DNA from: Oculina patagonica
Taxonomy: Eukaryota
Reading direction: 5' to 3'
Length of the DNA: 64,000 nt
NCBI RefSeq assembly: GCF_052425735.1
Contig: NC_135763.1
Location: forward strand, 7,688,001-7,752,000
In this document: one piece after another, positions 51,628 through 59,558 of the stretch
Numbering within the stretch: position 1 is the stretch's first letter
Layout: the number at the start of each line of letters is the position of its first letter
The notes under the pieces: model-generated
What the model saw: only the letters and a program-made list of their open reading frames with translations
Told to the model about the DNA's origin: nothing
Database searches by the model: none
Translations under genes and position numbers: made by a program

Positions 51628-54091
51628 ATGAACAATAGTCACATCTTTAATGACAATTTGAAAAGACTTTATTTTTTATTGAATAGCGTTTATAAATGCG
51701 TTAGCTGCATTAATCTTCTTACTCTTACTCGTTAATAGATGCGTTAATCTGCTTACTCTTTAAAACCCGACAGGTGAAAGCACGTCTGCAGAAAATGGGT
51801 GCATTAACGTCGATGAACATTTTTCTTCGTCAAGAGATTGACCGAATGCAGAGGGTAATATCAGCGGTCAGGACCACACTGGTGGACCTTAAACTGGCCA
51901 TAGACGGCACCATTATCATGAGTGAGAACTTGAAGGACGCTTTGGACAATATCTATGACGCTCGAGTACCCGCCTTGTGGAAAAAGGTATTCTTACTTTG
52001 TAACACCCAGATCGTGTTCAACGGGTACAAGCATTTAAACCGCTACCAGTTTTGGTGGACATGGTTGAAGTTTTCCAACAGAAAACTTTTCCAACCGTTG
52101 TTGGTTCTGGGATCAATCTTTTTGGGTTGATTAGGATTTTTCGTGTTCTATTGAGAATATCATTTTCGGTTGGTCAGATTGAAAGACTCGTAACTCGTTT
52201 CAACTAACAACGATTAGAAAAGTATTCTTAGTATTGAAAAAAACACTGCATTCAAATCAACCATATCAGTGATACTGGTCAACAAAAGTGCTTAACTAAA
52301 TGAACCGGGAACATTTTATCCCCACTAAAACACGCTGAAAACCAACCAACTCAACGAACTAAAAACCTTCGATCCCGACCTTAGATTGTCTTCGTACAGA
52401 TCATAACAGCACCAATCTTTGAATTTTTTATAAAATATATTTTTTTATATTTTCAGATTTCCTGGGACTCGACCACTCTGGGTTTCTGGTTTACGGAGCT
52501 GATCGAGCGGAACAATCAATTCTCGTCGTGGCTGTTTGATGGGAGGCCCAGTGCATTCTGGATGACTGGTTTCTTCAACCCTCAGGTTTGTGTTGCATGT
52601 AGACTTGCCCCAAGTCGCTCGTTTTTTCTTTGCATCTATAGTTACTTAAATAAAATTGCTTTGAAATCAAGCGCGTAAGACCACTTGAGTATAATCACCT
52701 TTGAAATCGCGCGCGAGGGATCGCGCGGGATTCATTTCTGTGAACGCGTACGCAAAGGAAAACAAATGACACTCCGCCACGATCCTCCGCCATTTTGTTT
52801 CTCATGCCCGCGCGCGCCCTCCGTTTCCGTATCCAGCGGTCTCCTGCGAATCTAACGAGCGACTTGGAGAAAGTCTATGTTGCATGGTGTTTGTTGCTCT
52901 TAAGTCAAATCTGATACATGGACATTCCAAATCACTTAAGGAACTTCTGGGAGTCTAAGTCCATGGTTTAAGCGCTAGGGTTTTTGGGATCGTTTGAAAG
53001 CTTCTATGAGCAAGTGTTGGTACACACAAGGGGACTAGTCCTGGGGAAAAAGTCCCATCGTGTGAACTACACATTTTCGTCAAAAAATCTAGTCGCAGCG
53101 ACCAAAACTTTGTCCCCGCGAGAGTCCCACAAATTCAAACCAATTTTAATTCGTGGGACTAGTCGCAGGGACTAGTGCCATGAAATTTTGCTTGTTCCCT
53201 CGTGTGTACTGTTGTGCGACTTGTCTCTGCGACCAAAACAAAAATCCATTAATCAAAAACCAAATCGGTCCGTCCCTGCGACTAGTCGCTTTGTGTGAAA
53301 CGCTACAGAGGACTTATTCCTGCGACTAGTTGCACGCTAATAGGCGTGACTAGTGCATTCTTGTGTGGTGTGCGTGTTTAGTGTTTGTTCCCTGCAACTA
53401 GTCCCCTCGTGTGTGCTGACCTTAAAAGTTTTAACTTCAATTAGCTTTACTTTAGAATTTAGTTGAATTTAGGACCGAGTAATTATTCATTTTGTTTGTC
53501 ACTTGTCTGTGACATGAAAAATTTGCACCGACTTGCATGCACACTTGATCCCGATCAAAGTGAACGCAGTAGACACAAGTTTCAACATTAATGCTGCTTT
53601 TTATGGAGTTACACGTTATGTCGTTGTTAATATTTGTTTTATCTTGTTTACTGCAGGGTTTTCTGACAGCCATGAGACAAGAGATTACGCGTGCGCACAA
53701 AGGCTGGGCCCTCGACAACGTAGCACTTGCCAATGACGTCACCAAGATGATGAAAGAGGATGTGTCGTCATCGCCGGCAGAAGGTGTCTATGTGCATGGC
53801 CTGTTCCTGGATGGCGCTGGATGGGATCGACGAAACTGCAGGCTCACGGAGCCTTCTCCAAAAGTTCTGTTTACTGCTCTTCCGGTGGTGCATATCTACG
53901 CCGTGAATACTGCTGCTGTGGTCAAAGACTCGAAAGACAACAAAGATGCACTCAAATTTTACGAGTGTCCTGTTTACAAGAAGCCGAGACGTACGGACTT
54001 GACGTACATTTTCTGCCTAAACCTCAAGACTTCACAACATCCTGATCACTGGATTCTACGTGGTGTCGCCTTGTTGTGTGACACAAAGTAG
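1..54091 (+). CDS. DNAH5: Axonemal outer-arm dynein heavy chain (DNAH5/DNAH8-like, gamma type); 5' part lies upstream of the window
   Basis: Manually spliced exons, all GT-AG and phase-consistent: <1-139, 519-571, 893-1047, 1725-2058, 2476-2580, 2906-3040, 3235-3330, 3768-3989, 4496-4629, 5424-5553, 6300-6418, 6974-7077, 7553-7748, 8244-8484, 9228-9427, 10010-10163, 10776-10939, 12008-12239, 12700-12837, 14006-14083, 14225-14371, 15047-15219, 15824-15914, 16480-16567, 17311-17498, 18257-18451, 19067-19144, 19496-19714, 20603-20743, 21326-21430, 21703-21890, 22134-22188, 22409-22522, 22959-23123, 23221-23337, 24153-24269, 25039-25173, 25492-25614, 26140-26535, 27212-27446, 29763-29911, 31010-31164, 31379-31532, 32132-32296, 32827-33015, 34337-34699, 35000-35290, 35648-35815, 36322-36587, 37403-37532, 38280-38423, 39125-39175, 39968-40123, 40619-40801, 41530-41773, 42521-42826, 43509-43630, 44461-44652, 45059-45194, 45921-46060, 46790-46954, 47538-47732, 48449-48679, 49705-49893, 51774-51986, 52457-52585, 53657-54091 (TAG). 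Motifs: [50 protein letters not shown]-terminal [14 protein letters not shown]. The product is colinear with human DNAH5 as recalled; DNAH5 versus DNAH8 cannot be resolved for an invertebrate. Confidence 0.96.
190..365 (-). mobile_element. Degenerate tRNA-derived SINE
   Basis: Reverse complement starts ggaggcatcatggcggagaggttagagtg...ggtcgcaggttcaaggccc (A/B boxes); related fragments at about 44195-44330 (+) and 45520-45650 (-). Confidence 0.65.
2111..2450. repeat. (CCCT)n low-complexity tract containing an assembly gap (N run 2148-2292)
   Basis: Seen directly. Confidence 0.95.
7162..7210 (+). ncRNA. Degenerate minimal type-I hammerhead-like motif (Penelope/retrozyme type)
   Basis: taact-CTTAAGA-tgacc...ggttg-gt-GAAAC-ATC-ggtta; core deviates from CTGANGA. 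Confidence 0.4.
7781..8165 (+). mobile_element. tRNA-derived SINE with Nin/Deu-like central domain
   Basis: Head TAGCTCAGTTGGTAGAGCG...GAGTTTGAGCCC; body ...GATAAGGACGCTAAACCGAAGGCCCCGTCT...AAGAACCCATGTACTTATCGTTAAGAGAAGGG; (GAT)n-like tail. Confidence 0.75.
8839..9163. mobile_element. Non-autonomous DNA transposon with TTAA TSD (Kolobok-like)
   Basis: ttaa|agggaatgtgtcatgg ... ccgtgacacagttcct|ttaa; a related partial copy in the opposite orientation starts near 38473. Confidence 0.7.
10190..10677. mobile_element. MITE, Tc1/mariner (Tc2/pogo-like), TA TSD
   Basis: TACCGTATTTATTCGAA ... TTCGAGTTAATACGGTA with repeated AATAAGCGCCGC subterminal motifs. Confidence 0.8.
11002..11496. mobile_element. 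MITE with about 29-bp TIRs and 7-bp TSD (P-element-like)
   Basis: attttga|CAGAAACCCATAAGGGTTGAAACGTGTAAC ... GTTACACATTTCAACCCTTATGGGTTTCTG|attttga. Confidence 0.85.
11678..11799. mobile_element. Short Tc1/mariner-type MITE
   Basis: ta|CAGTCGAACCTCT ... AGAGGTTCGACTG. Confidence 0.7.
13217..13459 (+). repeat. 69-bp tandem repeat (about 3.5 copies) encoding 23-aa STPR-like units
   Basis: Unit translates [23 protein letters not shown]; near-identical copies. Confidence 0.9.
13569..13646 (-). pseudogene. tRNA-Ser(TGA)-like sequence inside the Helitron-like element
   Basis: Reverse complement GCGCTGGTGGCCTAATGG...AACTTGAAATC...GGATTCGAATCTGG has an A box, a TGA anticodon-like loop, a long variable region and a B box; stems are imperfect. 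Confidence 0.45.
15428..15740. repeat. Dispersed repeat family (agagc.gttttcaattgagtgtcgtaaaacc...ccaatca); other copies at about 21470-21688, 23403-23677, 3365-3440 and 26600-26770
   Basis: Mutual similarity visible among copies in both orientations. Confidence 0.7.
15824..15914 (+). CDS. DNAH5: Dynein exon with AAA1 P-loop
   Basis: [30 protein letters not shown], bounded by tag| and |gtaagg. Confidence 0.97.
17044..17237. mobile_element. Palindromic (foldback) MITE
   Basis: AATAGCCATTTCCGAGTTACCCTTTG ... CAAAGGGTAACTCGGAAATGGCCTATT; same family as 41857-42044. Confidence 0.85.
17518..18021. mobile_element. Two copies of a palindromic MITE (17518-17650 and 17879-18021)
   Basis: CCAGTTGTTC...GGATAAATCACTATCC...GGATAGTGATTTATCC...GAACAACTGG in both copies. 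Confidence 0.8.
18680..18924. mobile_element. MITE with about 38-bp imperfect TIRs
   Basis: AATCCACC...AAAAGATGGCGACTGTACATTTT / AAAATGTATCAGTCGCCATCTTTT...GGTGGATT. Confidence 0.7.
19742..20155. mobile_element. Non-autonomous DNA transposon with TTAA TSD (Kolobok-like)
   Basis: ttaa|AGGGGCCTAGGTCACG ... CGGGAACTAGCCCCT|ttaa. Confidence 0.7.
20603..20743 (+). CDS. DNAH5: Dynein exon with AAA2 P-loop
   Basis: [33 protein letters not shown]. Confidence 0.96.
23754..23975. mobile_element. PIF/Harbinger-type MITE, TTA TSD
   Basis: tta|AGCCTGGTTCACACTAGTGACATA ... TATGTCGCTAGTGTGAACCAGGCC|tta. Confidence 0.8.
25039..25173 (+). CDS. DNAH5: Dynein exon with AAA3 P-loop
   Basis: [18 protein letters not shown]. 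Confidence 0.96.
25715..25995 (+). mobile_element. tRNA-derived CORE-type SINE
   Basis: B box GGTTCGAGCCC followed by GTGTTCGTGGGCAAGACATTTTACTCTCATAGTGCCTCT...GTATAAATGGGTAC; second copy at 33963-34260. Confidence 0.8.
28370..28474 (+). CDS. Candidate alternatively spliced cassette exon of the dynein gene (35 aa, Lys/Gly-rich)
   Basis: Long pyrimidine tract ending ctctccag|, 105 nt open frame (V)[34 protein letters not shown](G), donor CAG|gtaaat; phase 1-1, matching host intron 27447-29762. Confidence 0.7.
28555..28945. repeat. Minisatellite, about 78-bp unit, about 5 copies
   Basis: catcttgtgtttttaaatg...ctaaga...ctcctctcaaaaaccagaaaaatt recurs near 28562, 28641, 28718, 28797 and 28875. 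Confidence 0.9.
30173..30867. mobile_element. Non-autonomous element with a 164-bp terminal palindrome and a second 17-bp inverted repeat (Crypton-like architecture)
   Basis: Palindrome 30173-30336; TTACCGTACCCAAATTC (30337-30353) is inverted at 30851-30867. Confidence 0.65.
31010..31164 (+). CDS. DNAH5: Dynein exon with AAA4 P-loop
   Basis: [39 protein letters not shown]. Confidence 0.96.
31645..31725. mobile_element. Tiny MITE with 8-9 bp TSD
   Basis: acacccct|TAGCCTGC ... GCAGGCCA|acacccct. Confidence 0.6.
32416..32453 (+). ncRNA. Minimal type-I hammerhead ribozyme motif with a G5A core substitution
   Basis: ttccc-CTAAAGA-a-ggca gcat tgcc-GAAAC-GTC-gggaa: stems I and II are perfect, core is CTAAAGA instead of CTGAAGA. 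Confidence 0.6.
32500..32818. repeat. Compound tetranucleotide microsatellite (TGAT/TGAC/TTGC)n
   Basis: Seen directly. Confidence 0.95.
33097..33942. mobile_element. Two related TTAA-flanked MITEs (33097-33346 and 33544-33942), Kolobok-like
   Basis: ttaa|GACGGAATCCGC...GGTTTCCGTC|ttaa and ttaa|GATGGTTTCCGC...GCGGAATCCGTC|ttaa. Confidence 0.65.
33963..34260 (+). mobile_element. tRNA-derived CORE-type SINE (second copy)
   Basis: Colinear with 25715-25995. Confidence 0.75.
34337..36587 (+). CDS. DNAH5: Dynein stalk coiled coils and microtubule-binding domain (4 exons)
   Basis: VTPKSYLSF...[16 protein letters not shown]...[12 protein letters not shown]...[12 protein letters not shown]...[14 protein letters not shown]. 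Confidence 0.93.
35316..35525. mobile_element. Harbinger-like MITE
   Basis: CGGCCTTCACAC ... GTGTGAAGGCCG with internal GTTGGCA/TGCCAAC motifs. Confidence 0.7.
37794..38219. mobile_element. Tc1/mariner-type MITE, TA TSD
   Basis: ta|CAGTAAACACCCGCATATAAGAAC ... GTTCTTATATGTGGGTGTTAACTG|ta. Confidence 0.8.
39507..39818. mobile_element. MITE with 15-bp TIR and 6-bp TSD, nested in an older repeat
   Basis: atagta|GAGGGTCTCAATGGG ... CCCATTGAGACCCTC|atagta; internal TAACCGT/TAGCCGT motifs. Confidence 0.85.
41857..42044. mobile_element. Palindromic MITE (same family as 17044-17237)
   Basis: Long TIRs starting AATAGACCATTTCCGAGTTACCC. Confidence 0.85.
43661..43846. mobile_element. MITE, TA TSD
   Basis: ta|CCTTATTATAGGAA ... 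TTCCTATAATAAGG|ta. Confidence 0.75.
48946..49043. mobile_element. 98-bp MITE with TAG-starting TIRs and 3-bp TSD (Academ-like)
   Basis: gct|TAGCCTGAATTTCAGATCTC ... GAGGTCTGAAATTCAGGCTA|gct. Confidence 0.75.
49321..49659. mobile_element. hAT-like MITE; partial sister copy at about 47270-47500
   Basis: CAGGGTTGACACAG ... CTGTGGCAACCATG with GTCAGGGAA motifs; the two copies are colinear. Confidence 0.65.
50119..50172 (-). ncRNA. Minimal type-I hammerhead ribozyme motif with intact core (Penelope-like remnant)
   Basis: Reverse complement attttttaa-CTGATGA-a-ggc...gcc-GAAAC-GTC-ttgaaaaat; 9-bp stem I. Confidence 0.6.
50283..51627. mobile_element. 1.35-kb non-autonomous hAT-like DNA transposon with 6-bp TSD
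   Basis: atgaac|CAGGGCTCGAGACTAAC ... GTTAGTCTCGAGCCCTG|atgaac; subterminal ACTAGCCA motifs. Confidence 0.85.
53016..53423. mobile_element. Harbinger-like MITE with GACTAGTC motifs
   Basis: ACACACAAGGGGACTAGT ... ACTAGTCCCCTCGTGTGTG. Confidence 0.65.
53657..54091 (+). CDS. DNAH5: Terminal dynein exon
   Basis: [12 protein letters not shown]...[16 protein letters not shown]...[13 protein letters not shown]...[14 protein letters not shown]. Confidence 0.97.
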   Translation, partial: GFLTAMRQEITRAHKGWALDNVALANDVTKMMKEDVSSSPAEGVYVHGLFLDGAGWDRRNCRLTEPSPKVLFTALPVVHIYAVNTAAVVKDSKDNKDALKFYECPVYKKPRRTDLTYIFCLNLKTSQHPDHWILRGVALLCDTK

Positions 54092-54502
54092 TGTTGTGTG
54101 ACAATCATTTCCATCTGATGTTTATAATGCGTGACAGACAACTATTGTGTTCATTTTTACAACATTTTTTAATTCGTGTCGAAAAAAAGGTTAATGTATC
54201 GTTGGTGCTTCTTAAGCTAAAAAGCAAATGTGTTTAACTGGTGCGTGGAATGGTTTATAAGTTATATTTTGTTAAATACCCGCAAAGTTTGTTAAACATT
54301 AAGTGTTTCTAGAATTTATTTTTGTGTAACAATGTAAAAAATTGGTTTATACTGGTTCGTAGTTATTCAGCGACTGATAATATAATGAATTAACCAGGTG
54401 TGCTCGGTAATAGCAAAACCTGTGTGCATTAGATTCTTAGAATTGGGCAGATGAACAAAGAGTGAATTAATTTATATTTATGGTAAAAGGAGTGTGAATG
54501 GA

Positions 54503-54508
54503 AATAAA
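54503..54508 (+). promoter_or_regulatory. Probable polyadenylation signal of the dynein gene
   Basis: AATAAA about 410 nt after the stop, followed by a GT-rich tract (tggtttcttgttgt). Confidence 0.5.
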
Positions 54509-54994
54509 CATAGCTGTATGAACATTTCAATGGTTTCTTGTTGTATCTCACAGACTGTCGGTATTACTTTTCATTGCAAGGGTCCGGAATTTGTCTACCT
54601 TTCGAAAACCAATTAAAAAGGGAGAGAGGTAGGGAGGGGCCATTGACTGATAACACTTAACTGATTGGTAGTTTAACGTGCAAAAACGTGGACTCACATT
54701 TTTCTAATTTTGAATGCAAGTTTGATACTGGAGTTCAAGACCGCAAAAAAAAATTAGTAAAAATTACATGAAAGCCCCTAAACCCCCAGCAAGCGATACT
54801 TCGAGAAAAAAGCTCGCGTCACCTTGGTTAAAAGGGTTGGCTGCAAAACAGTCAATATAAGGGCGAATTCGTTCGGCGAAACTCGTCTCCGGTAAAAGGG
54901 ACGAGCAGGGAAATTTAGGAAGTTAGCTTGTTATGTCTCGAACTTTCCGTGAAAATGAGGCAAACATCTTTTGAAAGACAGTCTGCATATTTAA

Positions 54995-55420
54995 TTAAGA
55001 TAAAAAGATAAGATAAAAAACTTTATTTAAGTGTCAAAACCTTAGCCTGGAAAATAATACCATACTAATATATATATAAGTCATATAAAAATGTTATTAC
55101 AATCTATGATATAGAAAAATGTTTAAATCTTAATTGTTAAAAAAAAAAAAGAAAATAATAATAATAATAATAATAATGACTTGACTCGAGAGGCACTATG
55201 TGCAGCATAGGATGCATCCCTTACAGCCGTTGTCGATTAAGCGAGTTATATCCGTTTTGCGAATACGGTTTGTAAAAGCCTGCAGTGTCTTGGCTGATCT
55301 GTCAGCCGTAGAAAGTTTGCCCCATAGTTTGGGTCCTACATAACACAAAGATTGCTTTCCATAAGTAACAGTGTTTTATCTAGGAGTAGAAAAATCTGAT
55401 TGTCTCAGGTTAATAGTAAA
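54995..55420 (-). mobile_element. 5'-truncated LINE (CR1/L2 group), ORF2 C-terminus and 3' UTR
   Basis: Minus strand reads NLRQSDFSTPR*NTVTYGKQSLCYVGPKLWGKLSTADRSAKTLQAFTNRIRKTDI...CKGCILCT*, then AATAAA and a (TATCT)n-like tail. Confidence 0.75.
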
Positions 55421-55709
55421 TGTATTCACGACCATTGTTCCCCAAAAACAGTGAGGGTCACAGCTACGTTTTAAGTCGCCGAAATGTTCCACAAAGAGGG
55501 GTAGAAGGTTTAGCAAATAATTCACTTTCGTCCCGATTCAAAGCAAAACAATTGAATAACAAGAGAATAATAGGCATTAAACACTACACAAAGAGCAGAA
55601 CCGGTTTGGAAAATTTAAATACCCCACTGATTGGGCTTCACATATGAACTGTTACTCCAAAACAGTTTAACTATGATCTATTGTATAAGATTAAAATCTC
55701 TTGGGCAGC

Positions 55710-56615
55710 ACATTAATTCGTGAAGTAGCTCTCGACATCCTAACTTCATTTCCAAGCTTGAAAAACGAAGATCGAGGGGACAATCACCTTCCATGGCGGC
55801 AAGGGGAACAGCAGAAATGCCCTTAATTAATAATTTACGTCATAGTTTACGTGAATTTCAAAACAATCTAAACATAACAACAACTGAGTTAACAGGCAGC
55901 TTGGGTACGTTTTCTGTAAACTATGAAGATTTTTACAAAAATCCATGAAGCAGTCGAGTGACACGCTCAGACATCTGCAACCAATGATAGACTTATCATT
56001 TTCAAGCTTAGAAATCGCGAATCGAGGGATCTTTCACCTTCCGTGGCGGGAAACAGAAAAACAAAAAATCCTTTCATTAGTAATGGGCGTTACCCGATGC
56101 AAATTTCAAAACAATGACGCACATTTCAAAACAATCGGCGATATTAAAAATAAAGGGAAAACCAGTAATACCCTTAATTAATTTGACGAATGTCATTGAT
56201 TGAAATTTCGAAACACTCGTGTAGAAGCAATAGCAAAGTAAACAGCCATTTTGCACGCAATCTTTTAATCAATGAAAACAATCTATACTGTGGAGGTATT
56301 ACAGCAATCCATGAAGCAGTTGACAGACACCCTCAGAGATCTGGAAAATCAGGCGCGGTGATAGACTTCATTTTCAAACTTGGAAATCGAGAATCGAGGG
56401 AACGTCCAACTTGCGTGGCGGCAAGGGGAACAGCAGAAATGTCCTTAATTAATAATTTACGTCATTATTTACGCGAATTTCAAAACAATCTAAACATAGC
56501 AACAGCAAAGTTTTACAGCAGGCAGCTTGGGGCGCGCTTTCTGTAAACTATAGAGGAATCACAGTATTCCATGCAGCAGTTCACACCCTTAACACCCTTA
56601 GATATCTGGAAACCA
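55710..56615. repeat. Degenerate local duplication upstream of the orphan ORF
   Basis: 55794-55925 matches about 56416-56551 (offset about 622); the CCATGAAGCAG...CTCAGA.ATCTG module recurs near 55943, 56309 and 56569. Confidence 0.8.
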
Positions 56616-56835
56616 TAAGGAAGAAAAAACTCACACAATGTCAGATCAGGACTGTTAATTTCTAGGCTTGAAAAGTCAAGGGAAAATAGGTTCAATGGAT
56701 GGAAAAGGAAAATTCCGTCACAGTACTACCCAATGTACGTTATTTCGGCTCCCTTTCAACAGTTTTCACCTATAAATTGCGATATACGTAGCAGTTTCGA
56801 TGTTTTCTGTTCATCATTGAATGCGATAACGAACT

Positions 56836-57180
56836 ATGGAGGCTCAACAGCAGTGCGCGAAGCAGATGAAGGACCAGCAGACTCAAACATGTGACGGATG
56901 GAATGAAGCTACAAAAACTGTCAGAGCAGACGAACAAAAGTCTGGAATGGATCCACAAGCTACTACTACAAGACTGAGTGACATCCAAACAAAACCGAGC
57001 AACTATCGGCTGTACATGAGCGATAGAGTGATGTGCGAAGGGGCGAAGAAACTGTCGCCAGAAGAGTTGGCCGCACTGGAGATCGACATCTTCAAGCCAC
57101 TGGATTTCTACGGGATATTATTAAACAGGTTCAAAGACAGCAGTAACGGAAGGATAATCAGTAACATCCAAGAGCTATAA
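56836..57180 (+). CDS. Intronless 114-aa protein of unknown function
   Basis: Good start context (actATGG), GC-richer codon-like composition against AT-rich flanks, TATAAAT at 56772, ordered-looking C-terminal motif KLSPEELAALEIDIFKPLDFYGILLNRF. Confidence 0.65.
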   Translation: MEAQQQCAKQMKDQQTQTCDGWNEATKTVRADEQKSGMDPQATTTRLSDIQTKPSNYRLYMSDRVMCEGAKKLSPEELAALEIDIFKPLDFYGILLNRFKDSSNGRIISNIQEL

Positions 57181-58105
57181 ATGCTTGTAAAATCTTCAGC
57201 GCCACAAAAAGTGTTAGATCCGGCTGTTATGTAATAATCGATTAATGCGTCGCACTCCAATGGCGCTATTGCAGTAACTTCAAAATGTAAATCGCTTATC
57301 CAAAGCAAAGCACTAAAAGGTGGATTTTTCGCTGCGCACCGATACAGTTAAAAAGATTGTTTTAACTATATTGTCGGTAAAAAGTATTAAAGAATTTTCT
57401 TTGGCACAACGGATTCTTTTTCTGTTAAGGTTTTTTAAATACCAAATCGGTTACCGTAATTTAGTTAAAAGCAATTTCTATTTGTATAACAATGTTTTAA
57501 TTGTCAGGGCCTTTCCACTTTTCTTTAATTACCTTATGGTTACCGTAAGCACAAAGTATGTTTGAACTCTCGTTGTTTTTTTTGTTGTTGTTGTTGTTGT
57601 TGGAACTCGCCCCTTCCTCCCCCGGGGACTTTGCTTTCAGACGACGTAAACGCCAATCTTATACACTTAGTTTTTTTTTTATGAATTATATCAAAGTGGA
57701 AAAAGGAATATTTTCAAGATAAAGTGCGCCGTGGTGGAGTCGAACCCGAGTCGTCCGGCTTAAGGTCGTTGCCCTGTATTGCATTGCGCATTCTTTCTGC
57801 GCAGAATTTTACGCGTAATTTGCGCGCGCACATAAACAAAATGGCAGTTTTTTTCTATGCGGCCAGATAACTAGATATCGTGTTACCTTCACAAATATAG
57901 AGAGCTAACCGTAAACAAGCTAACCAAAGTGCATAGTATATTAAACTAACCGGAACCGCAGTGTATAGAAGGCTAATCGGTTACTAGTTACCAGTCGATG
58001 ACCGTAAGTGGCGGCCATCTTTCAATCTGACGTTGTAATATGTAAGAAAAAAAATCGTTGTGTTGCTCGGAGATTGAGCCTTAAATTTCATGGAGTGATT
58101 TCTAA

Positions 58106-58540
58106 AGGCTGTTTCTCATATGATCGCCCCGACCGTTGCTATAGCATCAATCGTTTTGCATCTACTGAGACGATCGTAGGCGATGGAAGCGAGTGGAAGC
58201 GATCATGGGGTTCTCATATGATCGTCCCGATCGTCTGGTATGAGCAGAGACCTACGAAATACAATCATTTTAGCCATAGATCAAGCACAGTGACAACCTT
58301 CAATGTAAGAGCAAAACGTGTGGCCTCCTATCTTCCTGGTTATTGCAGTTTTACGGCAAAGAAGGGAAAGAGAAGCCAGAAGGATTAAACACGGGCGATC
58401 CAAGCGATCGTTATCGCCCCAATCGCCGTAGACGTCAGCAATCGTCTGTGTAAGCGAGCGTCTGTGTAAGACGCAAGAAAACGTTTTGAAGTGAGAGAGG
58501 CGATAGAAACGATCGGGGCGATTATATGAGAACCAGGCTA
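58106..58540. mobile_element. Harbinger-like MITE with GATCG motifs
   Basis: TTCTCATATGATCGCCCCGA ... TCGGGGCGATTATATGAGAA. Confidence 0.7.
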
Positions 58541-59558
58541 AACAAAGTACATTCTTAATCCTGTAACAGACGATCACTGGAGTTGTTGAATTTTGTCATT
58601 CAACTTGTTGAGCACGTATCCGATCTCTCAGAATAGGTACTTGGAAAAAGCTGTGTTCACATTAATGCCCACCGTGAATAGTACTCAGGCACCAAGCCTC
58701 TCTCGTCCATTCTTTGAAAACAAATACAAGTCTATACCAAAAAATAAGTTGGGGGAATCAAAATATTCGACAAGTTAGTTTCCAACGGTAACACAACTGC
58801 CCCCAGTCAGTTTGCAGACGGCCCGAAAGATTTGTGAGAGTCTTTGTTTAAATCTAAGTTTTCACAAAACAAGGTACATGCAATCAGATTCTTATTTATC
58901 ATTCTTCTCATTTGTTTAACGTATTATCGTTTATTATTCTTGTAGTACTGCTTTTCTCAAGTTTGTGAATGAACGCCTATTCAATGTGTGACATCGATGT
59001 GTGACGAAACCTTGTAAATATTATACACTTAATGACTGTTCCCGAGGGAAAAAGTTAATTTTGTTTCCCGAGAATCTAATCTTAATGTCTCGAGGAAAAC
59101 AAAATCAACTGGTTTCCTGAGGGATCAGTTATTTGTTATATAGCACAACGAAGATTTGGTTATATAGCCCAACATTTCACTGTTACACTCTGACATCATA
59201 GATTATGCAATGTTGCCCGCTCAGAGATTTTTGGCGGGAAACAGTTTGTTGGGGAAAAATTTCTAGCTATATAACAATACTTTTTATGTGGTCATGTTAA
59301 CTTTCCTGAATGACGTGACTCAAACGTTTTCTTTGGACGAGACCCTACCGTGTGGCTACAAAATGAAAAAATACGTACATGTGATATATACAGTCTTGTT
59401 CTAACGGTTAAGTTTGCGATAACATCCGAGTGTGTGACCATTCAAATGAAAGCTACTGTATTCTCATATGAAATGGCTATGCAGATTCAAGGCCTCGCTT
59501 AAATTATAAAAATCCATCACATTTTTACTTCGGCACTAGAACATTAGAAAGCAAAGTG

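Noticed and set aside
140-53656. Search for GC-AG or U12-type introns
   Set aside because: All traced introns are GT-AG and none has the GTATCCTT U12 donor.
288-53745. Many short ORFs in the supplied track within introns or antisense to exons
   Set aside because: They are exon read-throughs, antisense shadows or repeat-derived frames with no independent support.
53908-53955. Short insert [15 protein letters not shown] near the dynein C-terminus
   Set aside because: Small length variation in a loop that I recall as variable among dynein heavy chains.
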